Shown in pieces: positions 1 through 13,609 of a stretch of DNA of 64,000 nt. Source of the stretch: the human T2T-CHM13v2.0 reference genome, Homo sapiens. The notes below the pieces were generated by a model. That model was given only the letters and a program-made list of their open reading frames with translations. It did not search any database and was not told the DNA's origin. Numbering within the stretch: position 1 is the stretch's first letter; each line of letters begins with the position of its first letter. The translations under genes were made by a program, and so were the position numbers. The stretch lies in NCBI RefSeq assembly GCF_009914755.1, contig NC_060930.1; one strand, written 5' to 3'.

Positions 1-1070
1 TACAAAAAAATTTTTTTGAACCAAAAAAGTAAGATAAAAACCTGTTTATTGACTTCTGAAAACCTCCAATTTTTGTTTGGATTTGAAATTCATCTATTTT
101 GATCCAATCCAACAGCTTTCTTTAAAGTCAATCTGAATATCATTTAACAAATTTACATAAATTTCTTACATTTTCAAAATAACGTTGTTGTAAATAACGC
201 TATTTGTAAAAAAAAAACATTGTTGTAAACCAAAGGAGAAATCACTAATTCTATTTCTACGATCCCCTTTGTTGTAAGAGCCTATAACTTATGATAGGAG
301 AAATACAAAACAGAATTCTCTCATTCTCCCTTTTCTTCCTTTCCCTTCCCTTCTTTTCTTTCCTCTTCTCTCTCTCATTCTGCCTCAAACTATGTATCTT
401 GGGCATGATCCAAAATAGTTTAAAAGAAAGTTAAAATATATACAACATAAAGCAAAATAAAATAAGTTATAATAAAAAGATTAATCCAAGAAAAAAAGTT
501 AAAAATGAGAACCTTATAAAATATCATAGAATGAGAAATAAATTTCCTCAAGGATACCCATTAAGAGGACATTGTATAATATCATGCATTAAACAGTATC
601 ATCTATTAATACCACACCCTTATAATAAGTGGTACAAAGGACTTCAGAAATTTGTCATAGTATCTTCTCCTTAGTCCCATATTTCTTACCATCCCCACTT
701 GGGCAAATGCCATCCTACAAGTGGGCTATCATGATTTTGGATGCCCTGGCTAAATTCTGGAGTATACTCTTTCTTATCTAAAATAATAGATGCAGTGTAT
801 ATCTTCCAAATGATCTTGCATCAACATTATTTCTTTTGTTTAGCTTTTGTTAGAAACACTGAATACAAGATTATTCTTCTGAAAAGAATATAGACTATAA
901 CTAGTCTATGTTGCAACACAGTACAGATTCTTATGATTTAACATTCTGAAGAATTCCAAGAGATTTGATCCAACCCTTGTTTTCCCCTAATTGGATCCTT
1001 CTAGAAAACTAAGGGCTTCCCAACTGCCCATATTCAAGTTTACCATTTACAAGATTACCAGTAAGTAAAA

Positions 1071-1093
1071 AGAGAGAGAGAGAGAGAGAGAGA
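1071..1093. repeat. (AG)n microsatellite
   Basis: Perfect AG dinucleotide run. Confidence 0.95.
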
Positions 1094-1828
1094 ATGCCAA
1101 AATCTGAGATGCTTTTCATAGAAAAGAAATCAGCAGAGGTGCACAAATGTCAATTTTACTTCAACAATTACATGGATATAAATCAAGTATTAGGATAAAA
1201 TTTGTAGTAATATTTAAATGTTTCAGACAAAATTTTTCTTATACATTTATACATAAAAAATTATAATTTTTCATTCTATTTTCTGAAAGATGTTTAAAAC
1301 CATTTTATACTTACCACACTTTCTTTAAGTAAAATGAGCTTTTGTTGGCTATTTTTATTTTTGATTATTTGGCTTTCAAAATAAAGATTAGCTAAACCTA
1401 AATGCAGTAAATATTGATTTAAATTTTATATCAAAAGCAAATATGATACAAGCTCTACACAGATAAGTATTTGATTTCTATGAAATCCATTTATCTAAAG
1501 CTTAATCCAGTATTTGTTTTGTTATTAAAACTCATTAGCTATCCAATATTTTAAAATTAGAAGTCAGGACTAATATACAAACCCTCCTCAAAAGTTATAG
1601 GGTCCTGAAAAATTATGAGAATAAGTGTGGTCAGTAATTTCAATGCTCGGATATAACCTTGACAAAAGAGTACTTGATAATGAAGTCTTGTTTCTCTAGT
1701 CTTTCAAAAAAGGGAGAGAAATTAGAGGGAAAAAAAACCTAAGTAAAAAGGTGGTTAATGTAGACCAATGAATTTGTGCAAAAAAGAGAAGCCCAAATAA
1801 AAGCCCTTTTAAAAAAAATTTAAAGAGT

Positions 1829-1834
1829 TTTATT
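1829..1834 (-). promoter_or_regulatory. AATAAA polyadenylation signal inherited from COPS5 mRNA
   Basis: tttatt on the + strand, ~135 nt beyond the pseudogene stop and ~20 nt from the apparent retrocopy end. Confidence 0.75.
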
Positions 1835-2929
1835 ACAGGATGTTAGTATTCAAGACAAGTCAGAGCACCTTATACTTTTAATCAGATTTTGGGTAATTAG
1901 TTTTAAAGTGTTACTTGAGCATTTTTCTCATATTGTTTTTTGGGCAAAAGTGCTTCTCAGTGACTGTTTAAGAGATGTTACTCTGATCAAACAGTTTATC
2001 CTTAATAACTCGAGACATCAATCCATGGATAGCTTCTATTGTAGTTTTACTCCTGTCTCTGTTGGCTTTGGCAAGTTTGTCTTCTGATTTTCGATCATGT
2101 GTTTCTAAACCCAACAATGAAACTCAGTGTACCTGCCCAATATTTATTCCACAGAAGCTCAAGCAATTTGCAACCCAAAGAGAATTTGAAATACAAGACT
2201 TCTAAGGCATAATATTGTTTGCATTGTACAAAAACATCTTCTATTTTATTAAGCAGGATAGTCTGGTACTCAGAAGGTCCTTCATCAGGAGGTTTGTAGC
2301 CCTTTGGGTATGTTCTAAAGGCATCAAGATTCACCTTCCCTGCAGATATTGTTCTTGTTGGATCAATCACCACTGCTGTAAATGGTTCCCGGAACCGCTT
2401 ATTGAGCAGCTGAGTACTAACATGATGCCAGAAAGCCAGCAGCCATGGCCAGGGTGCCTATAATACCATCCGATTGCATTTTTAAGGCGGCCAACCTTTT
2501 TGGCATTTTCTGTGTATGTGGCCATGTACTCATATGCAACAGCCTCAGCATTTTCTCGGGTTTCAGTGCCCTCCACAGGCAAAGTAAAACTGCCCATAAT
2601 AATCGTGGTTTCACCATCTACCTTTCCTGGCATCAAACCCATCACTTCCAAGTTGCCCCCTGACCTGGCATGCATCATCATCTTCAGTAGAGCTAATGCT
2701 GAGATTTTGCAGTACTTTAAAGTAATGGTGATTGTTAACCCAGGGCTTTGTTGCCAGGATTTCATGCTGCTGCTTCTTGTCTATTTGTAGATTTCATGGA
2801 TACTCTGAGTTTCTTGCATGTTGTTGGCCAGTTCCCAGGTTTTTCAGGCCATACGGCTCCTGGATGTCACCATCGATGAGGAATCAAAATTGTTGCCTCT
2901 ATAACCAAGATGCAACTTTAGCTCCCTAG

Positions 2930-3334
<405 letters not shown>

Positions 3335-3959
3335 TAACTAGATTCTCGAGACAGCCATTCACCTTTACTTTTTTTTGTAACGAGTCTTTCACTGAAGTCA
3401 TTTGGAGCAAGTAAATTTTGGCAGCATCACTTTAATTTCAAAATCAGTAACTGTATATTTTTAAAATGTTATTATCTATTTTACAAAAGACACTATTTTA
3501 TTATGTGTGATATGATGATCTTTTAATTGAATACTAGAAATTTAGCTATGTGACTTGCAACTGATTTTTATAGCATTATTTCTATAGTTAAAAACATCTA
3601 AAGGCCAATTTTCCCGCTGTATTCAACTGATGAGTCAATCACCCAGCCATGCATAACCTCATAAACAATCTACTGAAACAATTTCACATTTACCTCCCTG
3701 CATTTTAGTAGTATACACTGGTGAGAAATCTCCCAAACACCTGAGGATAGCTTTGTTTCACAGTAAGTCAAAGAAAAGGTATGTAGCAAGTGTTGAGTGT
3801 TATATAAACTAAGGTTCATTTGCGTTGTATTCAAGCATTAAATGCATGGGATATATAAATAATATATATTTAGTACATTAATCCTCTTTAGTAGGAAAGG
3901 CAGCCATTCAGGCAAACCATCTTTAGTAGAGTAGATAAAATGAAGGCTGGGTGGACAAT

Positions 3960-4295
3960 GTTGGTTGCCTGCTCCATAGCCATTGCTTCTTACTATAGCC
4001 TTGTTTCTTACTTGTGCACCCTGCTATTGTTTAGTTATTAGGCAGCCATCTGTCTCATTGGTCCCTCCTCAACTCCAGGGGCAAAATGTTGATTAGCTTA
4101 AGCCAATCAGAATAATCCCATTCCATTGACAATATTAGTGTAGAGTTATACGTGATTAAAAACCAGGCCAATAAGAAGATAGAGGCATGTGCTAGAAAAA
4201 TTTTTCTTCTAAAAATATGCAAACTGGGCATTCATTCTATTCTGAGTATTCTCACATGAGTTTAAGATGCCTGAATCTGCCGCAGCTATATATTT
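3960..4295 (+). mobile_element. ERVL LTR fragment (LTR16-like)
   Basis: Motifs ctccagggg..gattagcttaagccaatcag..aatcccattcc..ggccaataaga..gatgcctgaatctgccgcagc resemble the LTR16 family. Confidence 0.55.
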
Positions 4296-4839
4296 GGCTA
4301 AGATTTGCCTCCTAAGAACACCTCATGTCAGAGATACCCCCAGTCTCATCTACCTCACATGACAAATGAATGTAATAAAAATAAATTGCTCTTATTGACA
4401 TCATTCAAAGACAAATTTGCATGTATAGACTCACAAAATCTATGAAATTATTCTTACAGGGGAAAATTAAGAAATTGTAGCAGGCAATGGAGGAGATAGT
4501 TAAGTGATTTTATAATACAAGCATCCTGGCCTTTTCATAAACTTGAGTCTATACATCTCTTTGTTTGCATGTTTTATTTTTAAAAATATTTTTCCCTAAG
4601 TCTTCTTTATTTCCTTTCTTGCATAGGCTTTTCTTATAACTTAGATTGATTCTTTCCATGCCTTTCTCCATGCTCATACAAGGATATTATTTGCACACAT
4701 AAAGGGATTATGGTTGGAAGAGTTTGTTGTTCTTAAATCTCATTGTGCTTATCAAAAGGGGATCATATATTTGATTTCATGCCATTTGCTTTTCTAACAA
4801 ATTGTACATACCTACAAATAATCAGATGGCAATATAATG

Positions 4840-5029
4840 GCCTGAAAAATTATTCCAAAATGGATATTAACAGTAATTTCCCTGTTTAAGAATGTTGAGA
4901 ATGTTTCCTTTTCCCCACACTTATAAATACAGCTACAGTAAAATTTTTTGTTCACATGTACATATGTTCACAGGCACTTCTATCAAGGATAAATTTCTAT
5001 AGGTGGAATGACTGGGTAAAAAGTACAGG

Positions 5030-5061
<32 letters not shown>

Positions 5062-5110
5062 AGTTGACTATAGAATACATCTTATGAGATTGCTTACCAA
5101 AGGGACTACT
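4840..5110 (-). mobile_element. Old L1M 3' fragments containing (CA)n at 5030-5058
   Basis: gagaatgtttccttttccccacac and ggataaatttctataggtggaatgactgggtaaaaag are typical antisense L1M 3' segments. Confidence 0.5.
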
Positions 5111-5566
5111 ATCTCTTCCGAGATTATTCTTTTGGATTTCATTGTACTATTTCATTTGCAGAGCCAAATAAAAAAATAGAAAGAAAAACTGAGTTTACAA
5201 TACCATGCTTCGGTTTCCTCAATTCTGGAATTGCATCATGTTAGGTATCTCAGGACTAGATTATTTTGCAACCACTACTTTGCTACAGTGATACCACAAC
5301 TCATCACAGCTTTTTATTGTTATTTTATTTAAAAACAAGCCGACTTCAAAGTTTTTTGGTATTTATTAATTTCTTCTCATTTACAAAAGAGGCAAAATAC
5401 AGTACTCACAGATGACAAGTAGTTCAGTTTCTATTCCCATCTCTTCAATTTAAAAGTCAGCACTCAGAATTGACACTGCGCTCTTAGGAGGTATCTATTT
5501 TTCTGAAGAGACAGGTGTGTAACATCAGTGGGCAGACCTGAAGTGGAATTGGCAGTATTTCTTATC

Positions 5567-5953
<387 letters not shown>

Positions 5954-6879
5954 TCACTCTGGAACTTGAGACTAGCAGACACATAATCACAGTTGGCATT
6001 CACCCAGATACTACTGGCAAAGAGGCTTCAGATGGAGCATCTCTCTTCCCTCGCGAGAAGCAGCCATGTTGGCAGGCTACCACATAGAGGGTTGTTGCCT
6101 CCCTCTTCTATCCACTCCTTAGACAGAGATCAGTTTCATCTGTCAGGCTGGCAACTTTAATATGCACAGAAATCCACATGAAAATCAGAGATTGAGAAGG
6201 ATCTTCATTAGCAAGTGACCCCAGGGAGAGGAAACTTCTAGAAGACACAGGACATAGCATAGGGTGGAAAATGGAAGCGATATGGTTGTTGAAAGAGCTC
6301 ATTACTAATGTTGAAGCGACTTATGCTACATTAAATGAAATACAAGACCAAGGTATATGAACAAAGTTAGGGAAAATGGAATTAGCACTTCACTCATAAT
6401 ACTGTTCAGTCCAGTCCGTGGTTGTCTTTCCAGCAGATTCTTCTTAATGAAATTATGGCTAAAATTGAATCTGCCTGATGTCAGAATATCTTGGAGTATG
6501 AAAGAGAATCATTCACTGCATAATGCCCTGTTGAGCATAACAGGCAAAGGAATATTAACCCTAACAGTTTTCAATATTGACTTAGCTGTCAGAGAGCCCT
6601 GAATTATAGGAGAAACTTTGCCATTATCTACTCAAAACCCAGGGAACTGACACCCTTTGTCTCTTTCTTTCTCAACTAGCATAATTCAAATATTCCTTAA
6701 AATTACAAAGATAAAATGCAATGATTCAGGTAATCTCCAGGAGGTATTTATAGGTGATCTAAAATCATTCTGACATCTCTATGCAATGAATTACACAGAA
6801 TATTAAAAGCCACAGTTTTTAACAGGGGGTCTAGGTCAAGGCAAAATTGTATGTTATATGCGGGAGACAATAGAGAGCA

Positions 6880-7095
6880 ACAGTTCAGATTTCAGAGTCG
6901 GGAGCAAGTCAATCTCAGTTAAAATTCCAGTTTCATCATTTATTTGCCATGAAACTTTAAACGAATACCCTTTCTGTGTCATGATTTCCGTATCTGCAGA
7001 ATGTGGTTGAGAATAATTATAACACCTACATTAGAAACTGTTGTGAAGCTATAAGACAATGTTACAGGTACCCAGTAAATCTTAGCAAGTATCAT
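6880..7095 (+). mobile_element. MIR SINE
   Basis: Degenerate MIR core (tttccgtatctgcagaatgtgg..ataacacctac..gttgtgaag). Confidence 0.6.
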
Positions 7096-7781
7096 TTGAC
7101 TATTTGTCTTCCATCCTCCATTGCTTAAATACTTGATTACTTGTATCACCATCAACAGCTGTAAGAAGAAAGGTCAAGAAAGTCCCCATTTTTCTCTTAG
7201 AATTTAAGTCAATGTGTTACCTCTCTTAGTGCTATTTAACTCTTGAGGATTTTCTTTTATTCTTTCTTTCTCTAATTGTACAGTTAAGGAAGGGCTTTAC
7301 CATCTGCCACAGATATGGCAGTAGCTATAAATGAATTGGGAAGGTATTTCAGGCCCAGAAATATGATTTTTGTATCACGGGGTAGATAGCCATGGTCTAC
7401 CAATTTCACCTAAACATGTAGCCTGCATTCTACAGATACTCAAATAAACTAAAGCAGATATCAAAGCAATAAAAATTAAAGACTGGTATGTGTTTTGTTT
7501 TCTGAAAAAAAACTTCTGAAATGTTTGCCAGTAGAAGATTTTTATTTATGCTCCTTTATCTAAACTTTTCATATTCTTTTAATTCTATATAAATAGAAGT
7601 TATCAATCAGTTCTACCTTCCCTTTTCTCCAGGTCCCAAAAAGATCTAGAAAAAATAAAACACAAAAAAATTAATTAACAGAAATATCACCAAAAGTAAC
7701 AACTTTTCTTTTTCAAAATATACTTAAGCTACATTTTCTTCACATTTTTATTAAATTTACCTCTTTTTTTGCTATCTACAT

Positions 7782-8081
7782 CTGCATGTTCAGATGCAGT
7801 AGCCACTTAACTTCACATAACTACCCCCTGCTTAAAATATGGCTAGTTCAAGTTGAGATCTAATTGAGTGTAAGTTGCACACCAGGTTTCACAAACAATT
7901 TGAAAAAAAGGATGTAAAATGTATGGTTAATTTTTATACTGGTAATTTATTGAATGATGATATTTGAGATAGTTTGAGTTAAATAAAATATATTACAAAA
8001 TTAATTTCACATTTACTTTTTAAAATTGTGGTTACTGGAAAATTGAGCAGCATATGGGTTTATTTCTATTGAATGATGCTG
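7782..8081 (-). mobile_element. MER33 (hAT-Charlie non-autonomous DNA transposon)
   Basis: gtagccact..ggctagttcaagttgagat..gagttaaataaaatatattacaaaattaatttcac..ttctattgaatgatgctg matches the reverse complement of MER33. Confidence 0.75.
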
Positions 8082-8199
8082 CTGAAGACTTACAGAAGGC
8101 AAACATTCCAGGTGCCAAAAAAATTAACTACAATTTTAGAAATAAAAATTTACTTTAGAAATTTAAATACAGAATTTCACTTCTAAATGTAATGGAGTA

Positions 8200-9475
8200 T
8201 TGCTCTTGCTAAGGACAACTAGGGAAAACAGATTTATTATCGGTAATAAAACCCAAAATTAAAACCAAAAAAAGTCTGTTTGAAGGTATCAGAGAGCTAG
8301 TGAGACAACCAGCACTTGAAAGAGGAGAATCTTAGTAGGAAGGCCAATGCAGAGATGTGAACTGAAATTCAAGAGTTAGAGACCCCTGTGGCCTCTGCTA
8401 GGAAGGAAGGCAAGGAAGCCAACAGAGCTTCTGGTAATCTTAAAGAGATGAACAGACAAGAGTTGGAGTACAGGATTGCCAAACATCTAGGACTTGAGAT
8501 CCACGATCTTGGAGATGTGGGAATGAAAAGGAACTAAACCCAATAGTAGTGGATTTCCACTTTAGATGTTGGTCAAATTATTAAACTGTTCAAGGGCAAA
8601 GGACTATTAGGTTGGTGCAAAAGTAATTCCGGGTTTTGCCATTAAAAGTAATAGCAAAAAAACACAATTACTTTTGCACCAACATAATACAATGTAAATC
8701 ACAGTCTCTAAAATGTAGTATAATAAAGACTACAAGTTCCCTATTGCAATCCTTGGAGGACCACACCATATTGGGAAGAACCAGAGTTTGTTGGAATATT
8801 GGTAGATAGAGCCCCACTATACGTATCTGCCAGAGGAGAATGAACTTTCTATAAGTATAGCACCATTTAGAGTCTCTAAATTTTTTTAGATACAATGTTA
8901 GTTACTAAATTAAAAATTACTAAACATTTTAAGAGACAGGACCCAAGGGACAAAAAGTATACATAATCAACAGATGTATAGATGACCTGGTTAGTGAAGT
9001 TATCAGATATGAAATTTGATTTATATGTTTAAAACATAAATGACAGATACAGAAATAATCAAATGGAAACTCTATAACTAAAAATGCAATTACAGAATTT
9101 AGAATCTCAATAGATGGGTTTAATAGCAGGAGATAGGATTATGAACTCTAAAATAGGTCAGTGGGAAATACTGGGGTTACTCAGAGAGCAAAAATGATGG
9201 AAAGTGTGCAAAAGAGGCTAAGATACATATGGGCCACAGTAAAATATTCCAATAAGAAATATCATCAGATTCCTGGAAGGAGAGGAGAGAGACAACAGGC
9301 AGTAATCACATTCGAACAGACACTGGCTGAGAATTTTCCAAAACTGTCAAAAGATATCAACCTCAGAAGCCAAGAAGCCCTACAAAACTGACTAGGATAA
9401 ATACGAAGAAATCACATTAGGTACATCATAGAAAAACTTTGGACAAACAAAGACTGACGGATAATCTTAAATGCA
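8200..9475 (+). mobile_element. Old L1M (or HAL1) 5'/ORF1 remnant
   Basis: ORF 9161-9391 contains AENFPKLSKDINLRSQEALQ, matching the L1 ORF1p ENFP.L.KDIN...QEA motif. Upstream sequence resembles the ORF1 coiled-coil region. Confidence 0.7.
8607..8687. mobile_element. MADE1 (Hsmar1-derived MITE), full length
   Basis: ttaggttggtgcaaaagtaatt...aattacttttgcaccaacataa palindrome flanked by TA at 8605-8606 and 8688-8689. Confidence 0.95.
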
Positions 9476-10348
9476 TGGGGGTTCAGAGTTGGGGGGCAAG
9501 AACTAGCAGACAGCTCATTTGCTAGAAGAAGAAAAAAATACAACTTGGCAAATTGTGAAGCTGGATGAAATTAGGCATCAAAAGAGTCTTGCAAAGCTCA
9601 TAATTCAACATCTTTGGAAAGGTTGCTGCAGATTAACATATGCCACATGCAACCCTCAAACTAATCCACAAAGAGAAATGGTCAGTTAGCTGTAACAAAT
9701 TATGGTAATTACAAGGGTGCCTAAGGTTGTTAGTTCTCTGCTAACTATGGGGGCAACATCTCTCAGAACAAAAGAGCAATAATAAGTGGAAATTTTTAAA
9801 GATGGTTCATTTTTAAAACTGTTTTATTAGACCTTAACATTGTTCATAATTTTAGCTTAAGTTACTAATAGATAATGTTGAAAAATTCTTTTGAGAGTTG
9901 TAAGAGTAGAGCTGCTATTGTAATGATACAACCCTACTTCCTATTTATATAAAGGCAATAAACTGAATAGATCAGCGTTATAAACAATATCATCACCTAA
10001 ATAATTTATAAACTACAAAATTGTGCCAGTTACTTCTTCTGTTTATGTTTGTTCCCATCTTCCTCTACTTCTCCTTTATCACCAGTAATAAAGGTGAGAA
10101 GAGTGACTATTTACTGCAGTATATACATACAAACTAAAACAGATCATAGCAGGAAGATGCCTCTATCAAATATCACTGAGGAACTCCAATAATAGAGAAT
10201 AAGTAGAAAGGGCAAGATGCTCATAGCCATATGTGTATATGCCAATCATTGTATACTGTAAGTGTATTGGTTCCATCACTGCCTGATGTACTTTGAGACC
10301 TAGACCATGTGGTCTATTGTGAACTGAATTCACTTTTCTGTGGACTAA

Positions 10349-10783
<435 letters not shown>

Positions 10784-11435
10784 TAGATGGAAGAGACAAG
10801 GTCATTAAATAACTAATGATAAGGAGAAAAATTAGGTAGGGAAGAGACCAGAAACTGATGGGATGCAATTTTAGGTAGGTTAGCTAAGGAAGATAATAGC
10901 AAGATGAGAAAGTTAAAGATGGCCGAAGTAAAGAATGGAGAATTTGGGGGTGAGAATTCCAGGCAGAGATTCCAACAGATACAAGGGCCATAGATCAGGA
11001 GGAGGGCTGATATGTTCAAGAACAAGGAAGCCCATGAGACTGGAGCAGAGGGAGATAGGGGAATATATTGGGAGATGTGATCAGCAAGGGAACTAGGAGC
11101 AAGTTCATAAATTGTCTTATTAGGTCATTTAAAAACTTTGGTTTTTACTCTACATGAGATGGGAAGCCACTGGAGAATGCTGAGCAGAGGGGTTATGTGA
11201 CTGAAGGTAGACTGTAAGGGAAGACTCTGGCTGTGTGGAAGACATACATTGAAAGAGGCTAAGCATGGGAGTAGGAAGACTAGTTAAGAGGCTGTTACAA
11301 TAATCCAGGCATAAGATAATGATACGTTAATTTCACGTGGTACTATAGCAGATGGTGAGAGAACATTGGGTTTATTTTACAAATTCTATTCATGAATTCC
11401 ATTCTATTTATTCATTCTATTTATTCATTTATTTA

Positions 11436-11664
11436 TTCCTTATAAAATAAACCCAAAGGAGCTCATTCTCCCCTTTGACCATGAGAGAACACAGCAAAAA
11501 GCCAACATCTATGAACCAGAAACCAGGCTCTCACCAGACACTGAATCTACCAACACGTTGATCATAAACTCCTCAGTCTCCAGAACGTGAGAAAAATATT
11601 TCTATTGTTTATAAGCTGCCCAGATTATGGTATTTTATTATAGCAGTCCAAAGGGACTAAGACA
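11436..11664 (+). mobile_element. MLT1A-like MaLR LTR (3' part)
   Basis: ctctcaccagacactgaatctacc..cagtctccagaac.gtgaga..tatggtattttattatagcagtccaaagggactaagaca. Confidence 0.8.
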
Positions 11665-11964
11665 CCCATAGAGCCAACAGATTTTACTGATGGATTAGCT
11701 ATAAGGAATGAAAAAAGTTAAGGATGACCATAAGGTTTTTTGTCTAAATAGCCAGGGGAAATGTAGCAGGCATCAACTAAAGTAGAGATTGTGGAAGAGC
11801 AGATATGGTGAATCTCAGTTCTGGACATGTTAAATTTGAGATATTGAATACACATTTAAGTGGTGAATCTTATTCTGTATTTCCTATGGCAAGGAAGAGT
11901 TTAAAAGTGAAACTAATTTAAAAGTAAGTATTCTGTAATTTTTCACAATTAATTATCTAGATTC

Positions 11965-12119
11965 AGTCATGTGTGGTGGCTCATGCCTGTTATCCCAGCT
12001 GCTCAGGAGACTGAGATGGGAGGATCCCCTGAGCCCAGGAGTTCAACTCTGCAGCCAGCTATGGTGGCATCACTGTCCTCCAGTCTGGGCAACAGACTGA
12101 GACCCTGACTCTTAAAAAA
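11965..12119 (+). mobile_element. Free Alu monomer (FAM/FRAM-like)
   Basis: Single ~155-bp 7SL-derived monomer. Degenerate TSD ttatctagattc / ttacttagattc. Confidence 0.8.
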
Positions 12120-12324
12120 CTTACTTAGATTCATAATGTGACTTGTTGGAAGATACACACCATTTCTATGCCAGAAAAGAAATCCATAAGACCCAATGTT
12201 GATTATTCATAGAACTTCATGGTTTTGAAGACATGATGTGGAATAATCAAATGGCTTCCCGCTATGGATATATTGAGTTAAGATAAATAAATTATCTTTC
12301 TCTGAAGTTACACATTTTGGATCA

Positions 12325-12575
12325 TGTAAATCTGCAGTTGCCAGTCACCATCACTCTGATTGCATTTCATACTACCACAGAGGACTATGAGGGCAACTCA
12401 CAGCCGGAAGGAATGCTGAGAGGTGGAAGGCAGAGTTTGATGTCCTGTGCCAGCCTTAACTAAAACAAACTTCACCGTAGGAGTTCACAGTTACCTGAGT
12501 CAATAAATTCCTTTTATTAAAAAAAAAAAAATAGACTATTTTGAACTGGACATCTCTCATGTGAAACAATACAAA
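12325..12575 (+). mobile_element. Old ERVL/MaLR LTR 3' end (LTR33/MLT1-like)
   Basis: cagttacctgagtcaataaattcctttt..ttgaactgga matches the LTR polyA-signal region. Confidence 0.5.
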
Positions 12576-13142
12576 TGAAAAATATTTTATAAAAAATCAA
12601 GTCTTTTAGAGATTAATTCATTTCCACATGTAAAAATGGAGGCATATCATATCAAAATGATAACATTTATTTTGCTGATTTTTTTTTCAGAATTTCTTTG
12701 AGGAACAACTAAGATTGTGCAGTATAAAAATATCCACTAATTTTGAAACAAAAATTTATTAATGGTTTATTCTTACTTTTCTTAGAGCCAACCTTCAACT
12801 ATCCATGTAAATGGAAGACAAAACTACTGAAGATAAAATTGATACCCCCAAGAAAATTCCAAATCTACACTGAAATCAACTACTTTCATTCCCTAAGTAT
12901 TTTTCATAGAAATTCCAAGTTATGTGTGAGTAGTATTTCCATAATTTAACCAACTTCCTGTAGTCATCCTTCTTTTGTTGAAAAGACCTAATCTAAAATT
13001 GAAGTGACTGTGGAGAGAAAACCCAAGTTCACTGACCATGTAAATTCTATAATTTGCCTTGCATAAGTAGGAATTTATGATATTAACAATCAGGAGCCTA
13101 GAAAACATTCCAGGAGAAATTGAGTTAAAATTAAATCAGTAA

Positions 13143-13504
<362 letters not shown>

Positions 13505-13554
13505 TTATAATTATGTATTACTTACTGTATCAGCCAGTGGATGACCTTACCTTT

Positions 13555-13609
13555 GGTTTTGCCATTGCTTTTAGTGGCAAAAACTGCAATTACTTTTGCA
13601 CCAATTTAA
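13555..13609. mobile_element. Truncated MADE1 / Hsmar1 TIR
   Basis: ggttttgccattgcttttagtggcaaaaactgcaattacttttgcaccaatttaa followed by TA. The outer part of the left TIR is missing. Confidence 0.85.

Noticed and set aside
178-230. Three degenerate aac(g/a)ttgttgtaaa-like units
   Set aside because: Short, AT-rich and imperfect; consistent with local slippage.
890-909. 8-bp hairpin atagacta-taac-tagtctat (similar 7-bp stem at 51818-51838)
   Set aside because: Stems this short are expected by chance in 64 kb of AT-rich DNA.
2095-2765. COPS5-like ORFs as a functional paralog
   Set aside because: Stop at codon 10, four frameshifts, an internal deletion and loss of zinc ligands.
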